Origin: an uncultured Thermoplasmatales archaeon
GTDB taxonomy: Archaea; Thermoplasmatota; E2; DHVEG-1
DNA: 64,000 nt
Direction of reading: 5' to 3'
Assembly (NCBI GenBank): GCA_964618505.1
Contig: CAZUBH010000003.1
Span: 20,687-84,686, forward strand
The notes beneath the pieces were generated by a model that saw only the letters and a program-made list of their open reading frames with translations, had not been told where the DNA came from and made no database searches. Positions 37,616 through 47,175 of this stretch are shown piece by piece. The stretch's first letter is position 1. Each line of letters starts with the position of its first letter. Both the position numbers and the translations under genes were made by a program.

Positions 37616-39382
37616 ATGGGGTATAAGATTAATTATGATAAAGCTGAAGATGCTTATGATTTTATTAAGCAGGAATTGATTAAAAAAGGATACCATGTAA
37701 ATGGGTATAAAGAAATATCCTATGGAATACAATTTTATATTAAACTTGATAATGTAACTGAACTTCTTCGCATTTATTCCAGTAAAAAAGGAACTACTTT
37801 TGATGATTCACAAATTAAAAATATAAAAATTAAAAGTGATGTTTTATCAATATTTAATCTGACAGAAGATGATGAAACTTCCACAGAAAAAGAAGAGGTT
37901 TCATATGGAACTGTTTATTCTTTATGCGTTGGGATAAATAATTTCGTTGATAATAATTATGGTTCTTTAACTTATGCTGATAAAGATGCTGAAGAGCTTC
38001 ATCAATTACTTGTTGAAAAGTTTGGTGTGGGTGACGGTACTATAAAATTAGTCGATCAGGAGGCAAATTATAGAGATATTGTTAGCTCTATCGAAAATAT
38101 CAAAAAATTAGCAAAATTAGAAGATATAGTAATAATATTTTTTGCTACACATGGTGAATTTTTAAGACATAATGGATCTACTGATTTTTATTTAGTGTCT
38201 CATGATAGCGATCATAACAATCTGATACCAACTTCATTAGCTATGAGAACTCTTAAAAGTTTAGTATCAGAAATAAAATCTGAAAGAAAAGTGATTTTTT
38301 TAGACACATGTCATAGTGGTGGAATAACAAGACGAGACGGCAGAGATGTATCTTCAGATGTTAAAGAAGAGATTTTTAAAAATTTCTCCTCCGAAGATTT
38401 TGTGATTATTACATCTTGCCTTGAAAATGAATCATCACATGAGTCAAAAAAGTTTGAACATGGAGTTTTTACATATTATCTCTTGAGTGGTTTAACTGGT
38501 GCTGTTGAAATTAAAAATGATACAATTGATCTCTACACGTTATTTGTTTATATTAATAAATATGTAAAAGAATATGTGAAATCGGAACATAAGCGTAGTC
38601 AAACTCCAAGATTTTTCAGTAATCTAAAAGGACCTTTTGTTTTACCAAAATTAAAAGAATCAATTAAAAAAAGTTCAAATCTTAAACAATATATCAAGCC
38701 TGAACTTGATAATAAATCAGTTAAAGTAAAATTTGAAAATATTAATTGTATCGGTATTGATGAATCAGGTAAAGGAGATTATTTTGGACCATTAGTTATA
38801 GCAGGTGTATATGTTGATACTCAAGAAAAAGTCGAAAAATTAAAATCAATGGGTGTTAAAGATAGTAAAAAACTTAGTGATACAAGAATTAATGCATTAG
38901 CAAAAAGAATTATTCAAGATTTTGATAATGAAATAATAGTAATCTCTCCTTCCAAATATAATACTCTTTATGATAAGATGGCAAATATGAATGAAATACT
39001 TGCTTGGGGTCATTCTCAATCTTTAGAACAAATATTAATGAGAAATGAAGAATGTGAAATAGCAATTTCAGATCAATTTGCATGGAAAGAATTGTTGTTA
39101 AGTAAATTAAAAGAAAAAGGAAAACAAATCCAAGTAATACAAAGACCTAAAGCAGAGGAAAATCTTGTTGTTGCAGCTGCTTCAATTCTTGCAAGATCAA
39201 AGTATATTAACTATCTGGATAGGATGGGAAAAGATTTTAAACATAATTTTCCGAGAGGAGCAGGTCCTTTAGTTATTGATAGTGGAGTTAATTTTAAAAT
39301 AAAAGGTCTTGATTTAAATCAAGTAGCAAAAACAAGTTTTGGAACAACAAAAAAAATTAATGAATTATTTAATTCTAAGTAA
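37616..39382 (+). CDS. Caspase (C14) domain-RNase HIII fusion protein
   Basis: Caspase motifs LCVGIN, FFATHG, FLDTCHSG, HGVFTYYLLSGL, QTP; RNase HIII motifs GIDESGKGDYFGPL, GVKDSKKL, SDQF, KAEE...AAASILAR. Confidence 0.88.
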   Translation: MGYKINYDKAEDAYDFIKQELIKKGYHVNGYKEISYGIQFYIKLDNVTELLRIYSSKKGTTFDDSQIKNIKIKSDVLSIFNLTEDDETSTEKEEVSYGTVYSLCVGINNFVDNNYGSLTYADKDAEELHQLLVEKFGVGDGTIKLVDQEANYRDIVSSIENIKKLAKLEDIVIIFFATHGEFLRHNGSTDFYLVSHDSDHNNLIPTSLAMRTLKSLVSEIKSERKVIFLDTCHSGGITRRDGRDVSSDVKEEIFKNFSSEDFVIITSCLENESSHESKKFEHGVFTYYLLSGLTGAVEIKNDTIDLYTLFVYINKYVKEYVKSEHKRSQTPRFFSNLKGPFVLPKLKESIKKSSNLKQYIKPELDNKSVKVKFENINCIGIDESGKGDYFGPLVIAGVYVDTQEKVEKLKSMGVKDSKKLSDTRINALAKRIIQDFDNEIIVISPSKYNTLYDKMANMNEILAWGHSQSLEQILMRNEECEIAISDQFAWKELLLSKLKEKGKQIQVIQRPKAEENLVVAAASILARSKYINYLDRMGKDFKHNFPRGAGPLVIDSGVNFKIKGLDLNQVAKTSFGTTKKINELFNSK

Positions 39383-39856
39383 ATATAATAAGATCTCCTC
39401 TTTAATACCTTTAAACTTGATACCTTCTTTTTGAAATCCAATTCTTTCAAGTAATACTTGCATTCCTGTATTATTAATCCTTGTTGTAGCAAATATTTTT
39501 TTTGAAGGGGATATGTCTATCAATTTATTGATTAAATCATAGCAAACATTTCTTCTTCTAAAATGTTCTTTTGTATAGGCATAGCCAATTTCAAATATAT
39601 ATTCATTAACTTTATCAGGTATATTTGCTTTTTTAAAAACTGAATTTTTATAATTTATATCTGGATTTTTAAGAGCGGCTACCCCAGCAATTTCATTTTC
39701 GATATAATTAAAACCAAGTATCTCAGCACTCTTTATTCTTTTATTAAGAAAATATAGATTATCTTGGTTTCCTAATAATATCAAATTATAGAATGACTGA
39801 ATTTCATTTTTGCTACAATCTATAGGCTTTTTCGTTACTATCATTATTTTATGCAA
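39365..39856 (-). CDS. GNAT-family N-acetyltransferase
   Basis: EIGYAYT..HFRRRNV, FATTR..N.GMQ.LL..IGF. Confidence 0.8.
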   Translation of the reverse strand: MHKIMIVTKKPIDCSKNEIQSFYNLILLGNQDNLYFLNKRIKSAEILGFNYIENEIAGVAALKNPDINYKNSVFKKANIPDKVNEYIFEIGYAYTKEHFRRRNVCYDLINKLIDISPSKKIFATTRINNTGMQVLLERIGFQKEGIKFKGIKEEILLYLLRIK

Positions 39857-39884
39857 CTTCCTGTTAATACATGAATTTACTTTT

Positions 39885-40031
39885 TCATATTTTTCTCAAT
39901 TTTTCAATTTCTTCTTCTAACTCTTTAACTCGCTTTTTTAATTGTTCATTCTCACGTCTCAAAAAAGATGCATCACTTTCGGCATGATCTCTTTGATTTT
40001 TTAACCAAAAAGGATATTGTCCATAAGACAT
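39885..40031 (-). CDS. 48-aa coiled-coil microprotein
   Basis: MSYGQYPFWLKNQRDHAESDASFLRRENEQLKKRVKELEEEIEKLRKI; GGGAGAGG SD. Confidence 0.6.
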   Translation of the reverse strand: MSYGQYPFWLKNQRDHAESDASFLRRENEQLKKRVKELEEEIEKLRKI

Positions 40032-40152
40032 TATTTACCTCTCCCATATGATTATATTTTTATAAATATAGAAACTAATCAGCTACTTATTTAAATATTT
40101 ACTCTGGATTTTTCTCCAATAAAAAAGGGGAATATTATTCCCCAAATTATGA

Positions 40153-40362
40153 TTATAACGGTGTATATACCTTTGATATTTTGCTTATTATTTTTACACC
40201 ACGATTTTTTGTTATTTGATATTGAACCTCATCTCCTGGGTTGAGATCATATTTTTTTAGAATATTTCCTTGGGTAGGTATTCCTGTGCAATATTCTCGA
40301 TCATCTGGATCTGTACATTCGACATATAGGCTTATTATTCCATCATGTATATTTTTATTCAT
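40153..40362 (-). CDS. Small hypothetical protein, possibly AbrB/MazE-like
   Basis: IP....LKKYDLNPGDEVQY resembles the swapped-hairpin motif. Confidence 0.45.
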   Translation of the reverse strand: MNKNIHDGIISLYVECTDPDDREYCTGIPTQGNILKKYDLNPGDEVQYQITKNRGVKIISKISKVYTPL

Positions 40363-40380
40363 TTTTTATTTCACCAAAAA

Positions 40381-40785
40381 TCAATATTCAACTTTTTTAT
40401 TATCGTTTACAAAATATACATTGATTTTTAGTTTGTTAAGAGATGGTTTAATACGTTCAATAATTCGCCTATGTGCTCCGTCACCAGGAAAAGCAATACC
40501 AACTTTACAATCCTTATTTTTTTCAAGAGTTTGCATAGTCTTATATACTGCCATAGCAACATGGTTTTTCTTTTGTGCATGAGTAAATTCTTTTCCTTCC
40601 CGGTTGCTATGTTTAGAACTTGTTTGACCTTTCGCTTCAATGAAGAGTTTTATTCCGTTTTTTTCTGCAATGATGTCATATCCTTTTTGATAAGTATCAC
40701 ATTTTTCTATGATAGTATATTCATTATGTTCTAAATGTTCACAAACAGAATCTATAATGTCATTTTCAGTTAGCATTTGAATCAA
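40381..40785 (-). CDS. Stand-alone PD-(D/E)xK nuclease
   Basis: TENDII...L...Y, GYDIIAEK, FIEAKG. Confidence 0.8.
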   Translation of the reverse strand: MIQMLTENDIIDSVCEHLEHNEYTIIEKCDTYQKGYDIIAEKNGIKLFIEAKGQTSSKHSNREGKEFTHAQKKNHVAMAVYKTMQTLEKNKDCKVGIAFPGDGAHRRIIERIKPSLNKLKINVYFVNDNKKVEY

Positions 40786-40851
40786 TGTTAGTTAAATCTA
40801 TATTGATAAACTTTATTTCTTTTTTATTAATTTCATCATATGTTGATTATT

Positions 40852-40959
40852 ATGATTTGTAAAATCTGTGGAGTTAATGAAACAGATAATCCAGACGGTA
40901 TCTGTGATGACTGTAAATTTTCAATAATTGATAATGATGATATTCCTCCTACGTTTTGA
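40852..40959 (+). CDS. 35-aa zinc-finger microprotein
   Basis: MICKICGVNETDNPDGICDDCKFSIIDNDDIPPTF; CxxCG...CxxC; alternative in-frame ATG at 40840. Confidence 0.6.
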   Translation: MICKICGVNETDNPDGICDDCKFSIIDNDDIPPTF

Positions 40960-41062
40960 AAACCTTTAAATCGTTTACTTCTATTCAACTGATTGATCTT
41001 TGGGGAGGAGCTAGAGATACTGTTTAGTTTTCTCTTTCAAAAAGGATTTGAGGTGAAATATA

Positions 41063-44000
41063 TTGGAATTATTTGAAGGACAAATTATATCGGCATCTTT
41101 TTTAAATGATAAAGCAGAAGTGAAAAAGTTTGAGCGTCGTGCTGGTTATTATGTTCTTGAAGTAATTCTTTGTGGTAACCGGACTTTTAAAACTTTAAGG
41201 ATTTCTGAGTCTCAATTAAATCAGATTAAGGTTGTAACTTCTGATGTGTTGTCTTTTTCTAAGAATAGTGAAGATTTTTTCTTTTGGGTTGAGGCTAATA
41301 TTCTTAGATTGGCTTATCAGTTTGATCCTTTGCTTGCTGTTAATGTTTCTCAAGTAGATCCTCTTCCACATCAAATTGAAGCAGTGTATTCATATATATT
41401 GCGTGATCCAAAGGTCAGATTTTTAATTGCTGATGATGCTGGTGCGGGTAAGACTATTATGGCTGGTCTTGCGATAAAGGAACTGCAATATAGGAATATG
41501 GCTAAGAATGTTCTTGTGGTTGCTCCGGGTCATCTTAAGTATCAGTGGCAGCGTGAGATGAAAACTAAGTTTGGTACTAATTTTACTCTTGTTAATCGTG
41601 CGTTGATGGATTCTCATTGGGGTGAAAATGTTTGGGAGAATCTTAATTTTTGTGTAACATCAATTGATTTTCTTAAACAGGATGATATTATTGATAAGTT
41701 AAATGCTTCTTCTTGGGATTTTGTGGTTGTTGATGAAGCTCATAAGATGTCTGCATATGGTTATTCTAGTAAGAAAGGTGTTAAAATTGATAAAACGGGT
41801 AGGTATAAGGTTGGTGAGATTCTTTCTAAAAGAGCTACTCATATGTTGTTTTTAACGGCGACTCCGCATCGTGGTGATGAAGAGAATTTCCGTTTGTTTC
41901 TTGATTTGCTTCGTCCAGGTTTTTTTTCTAAAACTGATTTGTTAAAGGAGTCTATTCAAAATGATGAAAATCCTCTTTTTATTCGTCGTCTTAAGGAAGA
42001 CATGAAGGATTTTAAGGGTAACCAGCTTTTTACTCCTCGCCATGTGAGTACTGTGAGTTTTCCATTAACTGCTGAAGAGGATCATTTGTATCGTGAGGTT
42101 ACTAATTATGTTAAGGAACATTTTGATAGGGCTAAAGAAAATCGTTCTATTACTTTTGCTATGATGATTCTTCAGAGACGTTTGACTTCAAGTACGTATG
42201 CGATTCTTCGTTCTTTAGAGAGGCGGAAAGCTCGTCTTGAAGAAATTTTAGAATTGCCTGATAAAATTAATCAGGATAAAGAGTATGAAAAGGTAAAAAA
42301 TATTTCTCAGGAAGATCTTGATGATATGGGTGAGGAGGATCGCTGGGCGATTGAAGAGAAACTTATGAATTTAACTCTTGCTTCTAATATTTCTGAGGTT
42401 GAAGCTGAGATTGAAAAAGTTGGTGAGCTTATTGAGCTTGCTAAAACGGTTCATTCTAAAGAAATTGAGAGTAAGCTTGTGAAACTTCGTGATGAGATTC
42501 TTTCTACAATTGGGGATAATAAACTTTTAATTTTTACTGAGTTTAGAGATACTGTTGATTATTTAGTTGAAAAACTTCAATCCTGGGGTTATAAGGTTAA
42601 TACTATTCATGGTAGTATGAATATGGATGCTCGTATTGAAGCTGAGCATCAGTTTAAAAATGATACGCAGATTTTGGTTGCTACTGAGGCTGCTGGTGAG
42701 GGTATTAATCTTCAGTTTTGTTCTCTTATGGTTAATTATGATATCCCTTGGAATCCTAATCGGCTTGAGCAGAGAATGGGTCGTATTCATCGTTATGGTC
42801 AGAAAAAAGAGGTTTTTATTTATAATATGGTAAGTAAAAATACTCGTGAAGGGCAGATTCTTGAGCGTTTGTTTCAGAAGCTTAACAGTATGCGTGATGC
42901 ACTTGGTTCTGATCGTGTTTTTGATGTTATCGGTGAAATAATTCCTGGTGAGAGTCTTGAGGATATTTTAAAAGATGCAATTACGGGTCAGCGTCGTATT
43001 GAGGAGATTTATCAGATTGTTGATGAGATTGATGCTGCTGAAGTTGAAAAGAAGATGGAAAATATTTTTATGACTAGTCTTGCAACTCGTCATATTGATT
43101 ACTCGGGTATTATGAATAGTATTCATGAGGCTGATGAGAATCGTTTGATGCCTGAGTATATTGAGGATTTTTTCCTTCGTGCGTTTTCTCGTTTTGGTGG
43201 TAAGTTTGAAAAACGAACTGATACGTATAGTATTAAATCTGTTCCTTATGAGCTTAGAAAATTCAATAAGGATTATGATTTTAAATCAAGTTATGGAAAA
43301 GTTGAGAAATCGTATTCAAAGATTACTTTTGATAAACAAAAAGCAAAGGATAATCCAGAATATGAATATGTTGCCCCAGGTCATCCTTTGCTTGAAGCAG
43401 TGAATCAAAAAGCAATTGAGGACCGTGGTCATGATGATGCTGTCGCTGTTTTTACTGATGAGACAAACTCTCTTGAGGGTGTTCTTTGGTTTATTGAAGG
43501 AGAGCTTTTAGATGGACAGGGGCAGGTTGCTGGTAAAAGAGTGTTTAGTGTTTTTCAAAATATAAAAGGAGAGTTTGAAAAGGTTAATCCTTCTATTATT
43601 TGGGATCTTGCCCCAGCTGATAATGTTGTTTTAACGGAGACTCAGAGGCGTATGTTTGGTAAGAAAAATGATGTTGAAGAATATGCGATTACTGAAATCA
43701 TGTTTCCATATAAAGAAGAAATTGAGAAACAACGGAAGAAGGAATCTGATATAAAAGAAAAATATGGTTTGCGTTCACTTGATTATTTGCTTCAGGAATC
43801 CAATGATAAACTTCTTCATTACCAGGAGCAGCTTGAAGAAGGAAAAGATATGAATATTGCTATTATTAATGAGGAGAAACGAAAAGAGGATTTTGAGGAG
43901 AAACATGGTGCTCTTGTAGAAGAGATAAAACTTGAGAAAGAAATAACTGTATCTGAACCAAAAATTCTTGGTTCTGCAGCTGTATTGCCACTTAGCAGAG

Positions 44001-44437
44001 CTAAACCTGAGGTTTCAAAAGAGCTTAGTGGTGGTGGAATGACTCGTGATGATGAAATCGAAGCAGTAGGGATGGAAGAAGCAAAGAAGTTTGAAAAGGA
44101 AAATGGTTGGAGTCCACAGGATGTTCATAAAGAAAATCTTGGTTTTGATATAAGATCAACAAGATATCGGGAAGATGGAACTTTTGAGGATATTCGTTAT
44201 ATTGAGGTAAAAGCTCGTGCGCAGGATGGTTCAATTAGAGTTTCTGCTAATGAATGGAAAAAGGCTAAACGTTTTCAGGATAAGTTTTGGTTGTATGTTG
44301 TAACTTTTGCAGGTACTGATAATCCTAAACTAGAGCGTTATAAAAATCCTGAAAAAACCTTCACAATTGATGAAGATATTTATGCAACTGGTTATATTAT
44401 CCCAAAGGAAAAAATCTTGAAGGCGGTGAGTGAGTGA
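41063..44437 (+). CDS. SNF2-family helicase with C-terminal DUF3883 nuclease domain
   Basis: LPHQ, ADDAGAGKT, VVDEAH, LTATPH, EGINLQ, EQRMGRIHRYGQ; C-terminal GFDIRS...IEVKAR..NEW. Confidence 0.92.
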   Translation: MELFEGQIISASFLNDKAEVKKFERRAGYYVLEVILCGNRTFKTLRISESQLNQIKVVTSDVLSFSKNSEDFFFWVEANILRLAYQFDPLLAVNVSQVDPLPHQIEAVYSYILRDPKVRFLIADDAGAGKTIMAGLAIKELQYRNMAKNVLVVAPGHLKYQWQREMKTKFGTNFTLVNRALMDSHWGENVWENLNFCVTSIDFLKQDDIIDKLNASSWDFVVVDEAHKMSAYGYSSKKGVKIDKTGRYKVGEILSKRATHMLFLTATPHRGDEENFRLFLDLLRPGFFSKTDLLKESIQNDENPLFIRRLKEDMKDFKGNQLFTPRHVSTVSFPLTAEEDHLYREVTNYVKEHFDRAKENRSITFAMMILQRRLTSSTYAILRSLERRKARLEEILELPDKINQDKEYEKVKNISQEDLDDMGEEDRWAIEEKLMNLTLASNISEVEAEIEKVGELIELAKTVHSKEIESKLVKLRDEILSTIGDNKLLIFTEFRDTVDYLVEKLQSWGYKVNTIHGSMNMDARIEAEHQFKNDTQILVATEAAGEGINLQFCSLMVNYDIPWNPNRLEQRMGRIHRYGQKKEVFIYNMVSKNTREGQILERLFQKLNSMRDALGSDRVFDVIGEIIPGESLEDILKDAITGQRRIEEIYQIVDEIDAAEVEKKMENIFMTSLATRHIDYSGIMNSIHEADENRLMPEYIEDFFLRAFSRFGGKFEKRTDTYSIKSVPYELRKFNKDYDFKSSYGKVEKSYSKITFDKQKAKDNPEYEYVAPGHPLLEAVNQKAIEDRGHDDAVAVFTDETNSLEGVLWFIEGELLDGQGQVAGKRVFSVFQNIKGEFEKVNPSIIWDLAPADNVVLTETQRRMFGKKNDVEEYAITEIMFPYKEEIEKQRKKESDIKEKYGLRSLDYLLQESNDKLLHYQEQLEEGKDMNIAIINEEKRKEDFEEKHGALVEEIKLEKEITVSEPKILGSAAVLPLSRAKPEVSKELSGGGMTRDDEIEAVGMEEAKKFEKENGWSPQDVHKENLGFDIRSTRYREDGTFEDIRYIEVKARAQDGSIRVSANEWKKAKRFQDKFWLYVVTFAGTDNPKLERYKNPEKTFTIDEDIYATGYIIPKEKILKAVSE

Positions 44438-47172
44438 AGAAACGTTTTATTGAATGGGATTTACCACTTGCAGAAATATCGGAAGCATCTGCAAATGAAA
44501 AGAACATTAGACATGGTCATCCATCTACACTCCATGTTTGGTGGGCAAGAAGACCACTAGCATCAAGCAGAGTTACAAATTTTACAGCATTAATAGATGT
44601 ACCAGATGATAAAAGCAAAAGAAAACAAATTACTGAGTTAATCAAAAATATATCTTCTTGGGAATCTGTAAAAAATGGTAATGACAAAAATATCAAAAAA
44701 TCTCAAGAGATTATAAAAGAAAATTGGGGGGATAATAAACCAAAAGTTTTAGATCCTTTTTCAGGCGGAGGATCAATACCTTTAGAGGCATTAAGATTGG
44801 GGTGTGATACATATATTAATGATTATAATCCTGTTGCGGTTTTAATTGAAAAAGCGACTATTGAATGGCCTCATAAATTTGGATTTTTGATCCCCCATCC
44901 TGATAAAAGTTCCGGAATTGATGGCGAAGTAGAAAAAATAAATTTTTTAAGTTATATGGTTGAAAAATGGACAAATAAAATATTAAATCAAGTAAAACAT
45001 GAAATTGGAAATTTTTATCTAAGTAAAGATGATGGTTCTATACCTGTAGGTTATCTATGGGCTAGAACAATTCCTTGTCAAAATCCCAATTGTGGAATAG
45101 AAATTCCTCTCGTTCGTCAATTTTGGTTATCAAAAAAATCTAATAAAAAAATTGCTTATAAACCTATAATTAATAAATCAAATAAAACAATAGATTTTGA
45201 AATTTTAAAAGACAACATGGGTGATTTTAATCCAAGTGAAGGAACTATTTCCAGAGGAAATGCAATTTGTCCTTTTTGTGGACAGGTTACTGAAGTCAAA
45301 AAAGTAAGAAAATTAGCACAAAATGGAAAGATGGGTGAAAGACTAGTAGTAAATATATATCGTCATCATAATAAAGTTGGTAAAACGTATACAATTTCAA
45401 CTGATAAAGATTTTAAAATTTTCAAAGAAATTGAGAAACTTTTAAAGGATAAACAAGAAAATTGGAAATGGTTGGAAAAACCAGTTCCTGATGAAGAACT
45501 TCCTTTGATGAGCGGAGTTTTTAATGTTCCATTATATGGTATAGATAATTGGGGTAAATTGTTTAATCCTCGTCAGAAACTATCATTAATAACCTTTTTA
45601 GAAAAGATAAAATCATCTTATAAAGAAATTTTATCTGAATGCAAACAAATAAATATTGAAAAAAATGGGAAAAATCCTGAGGAAGCTGCAAAAGCGATAA
45701 TGGGCTTTTTAGGAATTGTACTTGACATGCACGCTGCATTTAATAATAGGAATGCAAGATGGGAAAATACATCGGAAGCAATAAAGCATCTTTTTGGAAG
45801 ACAAGCATTAGGGATGATGTGGGATTATGTTGAAGTTTCTCCATTTAGTGGTTCCTCTGGTACACCAACATCAGGATTAGAATATTATAAAAAAAATATT
45901 GAATTCACTTCAAATGATGCACTGACAGGCAGAATCTTTATGACTAACACATCTGCAACATCCTTGCCATATTCGAACGATTTTTTCGATGCAATATTTA
46001 CAGATCCACCTTATTATAATAATGTACCATATGCAGATTTATCTGATTTTTTTTATGTCTGGTTAAAAAGAAGTGTTGGTGATTTATTTCCTGAAATGTT
46101 TTCGACACCATTAGCACCAAAATCAAAGGAAATTTGTGAAATGGCAGGGTGGGATAGTAAGAGATATTCAAATAAAGACCAAGCATTTTTTGAAACTGAA
46201 TTATCCAACTCATTTAAAGAGATATATCGTGTATTAAAACCAGAAGGTATTGTTACAATTGTTTATGCGCATAAAACAACAAAGGGATGGGAAACTGTAT
46301 TAAATTCTTTAATAAACGCAGGTCTTGTAGTAACAGCATCATGGCCTATACATACAGAGATGAAAGTTCGTCTAAGAGCAGCTTCTTCGGCAGCATTAGC
46401 ATCATCTATTTATCTTGTTTGTAGAAAAAAAGGTAGAAAAAAAGTTGGTTTCTATAGTGAAATTCAACCATTAATTAAAGAAAAAGTAGAAACTAAACTT
46501 AAACAATTTTGGGATGAAGGGATAGTGGGCGGTGACTTTTTTATTTCTTCGATTGGACCAGGTATGGAGATATATAGTCAGTATGAAAAAATTGAAAAAT
46601 TTTCAGGTGAAAAAGTTACGACAGTTGAGTTATTAGATTACATTCGAACAGTTTCTACTGATTTTATTGTAGGAAAACTTTTAAAAGATGCATCATCAGC
46701 TATTATTGATAATGAATCAGAATTTTATTTAGCCTATCGCTGGACATACCAAGATAATACTGTAGAATATGATGATGCAAGAAAATTATCAAATGCAAGT
46801 GGTGTTAATCTTGAAAAACTTTGGAATACTAATAGTTTTGTTGAGAAGAGTGGTTCAAAAATTAGGATACTTGGTCCAAAGGAACGCAATAAATTTGAAT
46901 CTTCACAAAACATGGTTGATGTTATGCATAAATCCTTATTATTCTGGGAAAACGGTGATAGGGAAAATATTTCAAAATTATTAGCAGAAACCGGATATGG
47001 TAAAGACCCTGCTTTTAAACAATTTTGTCAAGCTATTGCAGAATCACTTCTCAATGGTAATAAAGAAAAACAATTATTAGAAGGATTTTTAATAGGTATT
47101 GATGCTTATACAAGAGGAAAAGCAAAAGCTCCAAAGGATCAAACAGATTTAAAACAATTTGGAGGGAGTTAA
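44434..47172 (+). CDS. DUF1156 adenine-specific DNA methyltransferase
   Basis: LHVWWARRPL, DPFSGGGSIPLEA, zinc ribbon CQNPNC...CPFC, catalytic TDPPYY, ALASSI. Confidence 0.92.
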   Translation: MKKRFIEWDLPLAEISEASANEKNIRHGHPSTLHVWWARRPLASSRVTNFTALIDVPDDKSKRKQITELIKNISSWESVKNGNDKNIKKSQEIIKENWGDNKPKVLDPFSGGGSIPLEALRLGCDTYINDYNPVAVLIEKATIEWPHKFGFLIPHPDKSSGIDGEVEKINFLSYMVEKWTNKILNQVKHEIGNFYLSKDDGSIPVGYLWARTIPCQNPNCGIEIPLVRQFWLSKKSNKKIAYKPIINKSNKTIDFEILKDNMGDFNPSEGTISRGNAICPFCGQVTEVKKVRKLAQNGKMGERLVVNIYRHHNKVGKTYTISTDKDFKIFKEIEKLLKDKQENWKWLEKPVPDEELPLMSGVFNVPLYGIDNWGKLFNPRQKLSLITFLEKIKSSYKEILSECKQINIEKNGKNPEEAAKAIMGFLGIVLDMHAAFNNRNARWENTSEAIKHLFGRQALGMMWDYVEVSPFSGSSGTPTSGLEYYKKNIEFTSNDALTGRIFMTNTSATSLPYSNDFFDAIFTDPPYYNNVPYADLSDFFYVWLKRSVGDLFPEMFSTPLAPKSKEICEMAGWDSKRYSNKDQAFFETELSNSFKEIYRVLKPEGIVTIVYAHKTTKGWETVLNSLINAGLVVTASWPIHTEMKVRLRAASSAALASSIYLVCRKKGRKKVGFYSEIQPLIKEKVETKLKQFWDEGIVGGDFFISSIGPGMEIYSQYEKIEKFSGEKVTTVELLDYIRTVSTDFIVGKLLKDASSAIIDNESEFYLAYRWTYQDNTVEYDDARKLSNASGVNLEKLWNTNSFVEKSGSKIRILGPKERNKFESSQNMVDVMHKSLLFWENGDRENISKLLAETGYGKDPAFKQFCQAIAESLLNGNKEKQLLEGFLIGIDAYTRGKAKAPKDQTDLKQFGGS

Positions 47173-47175
47173 AAT

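Noticed and set aside
37511-37732. 73-aa minus-strand ORF ending in MARKISKPYT
   Set aside because: Overlaps the caspase-RNase HIII gene antisense; only the last 10 codons are meaningful, as the duplicated stub.
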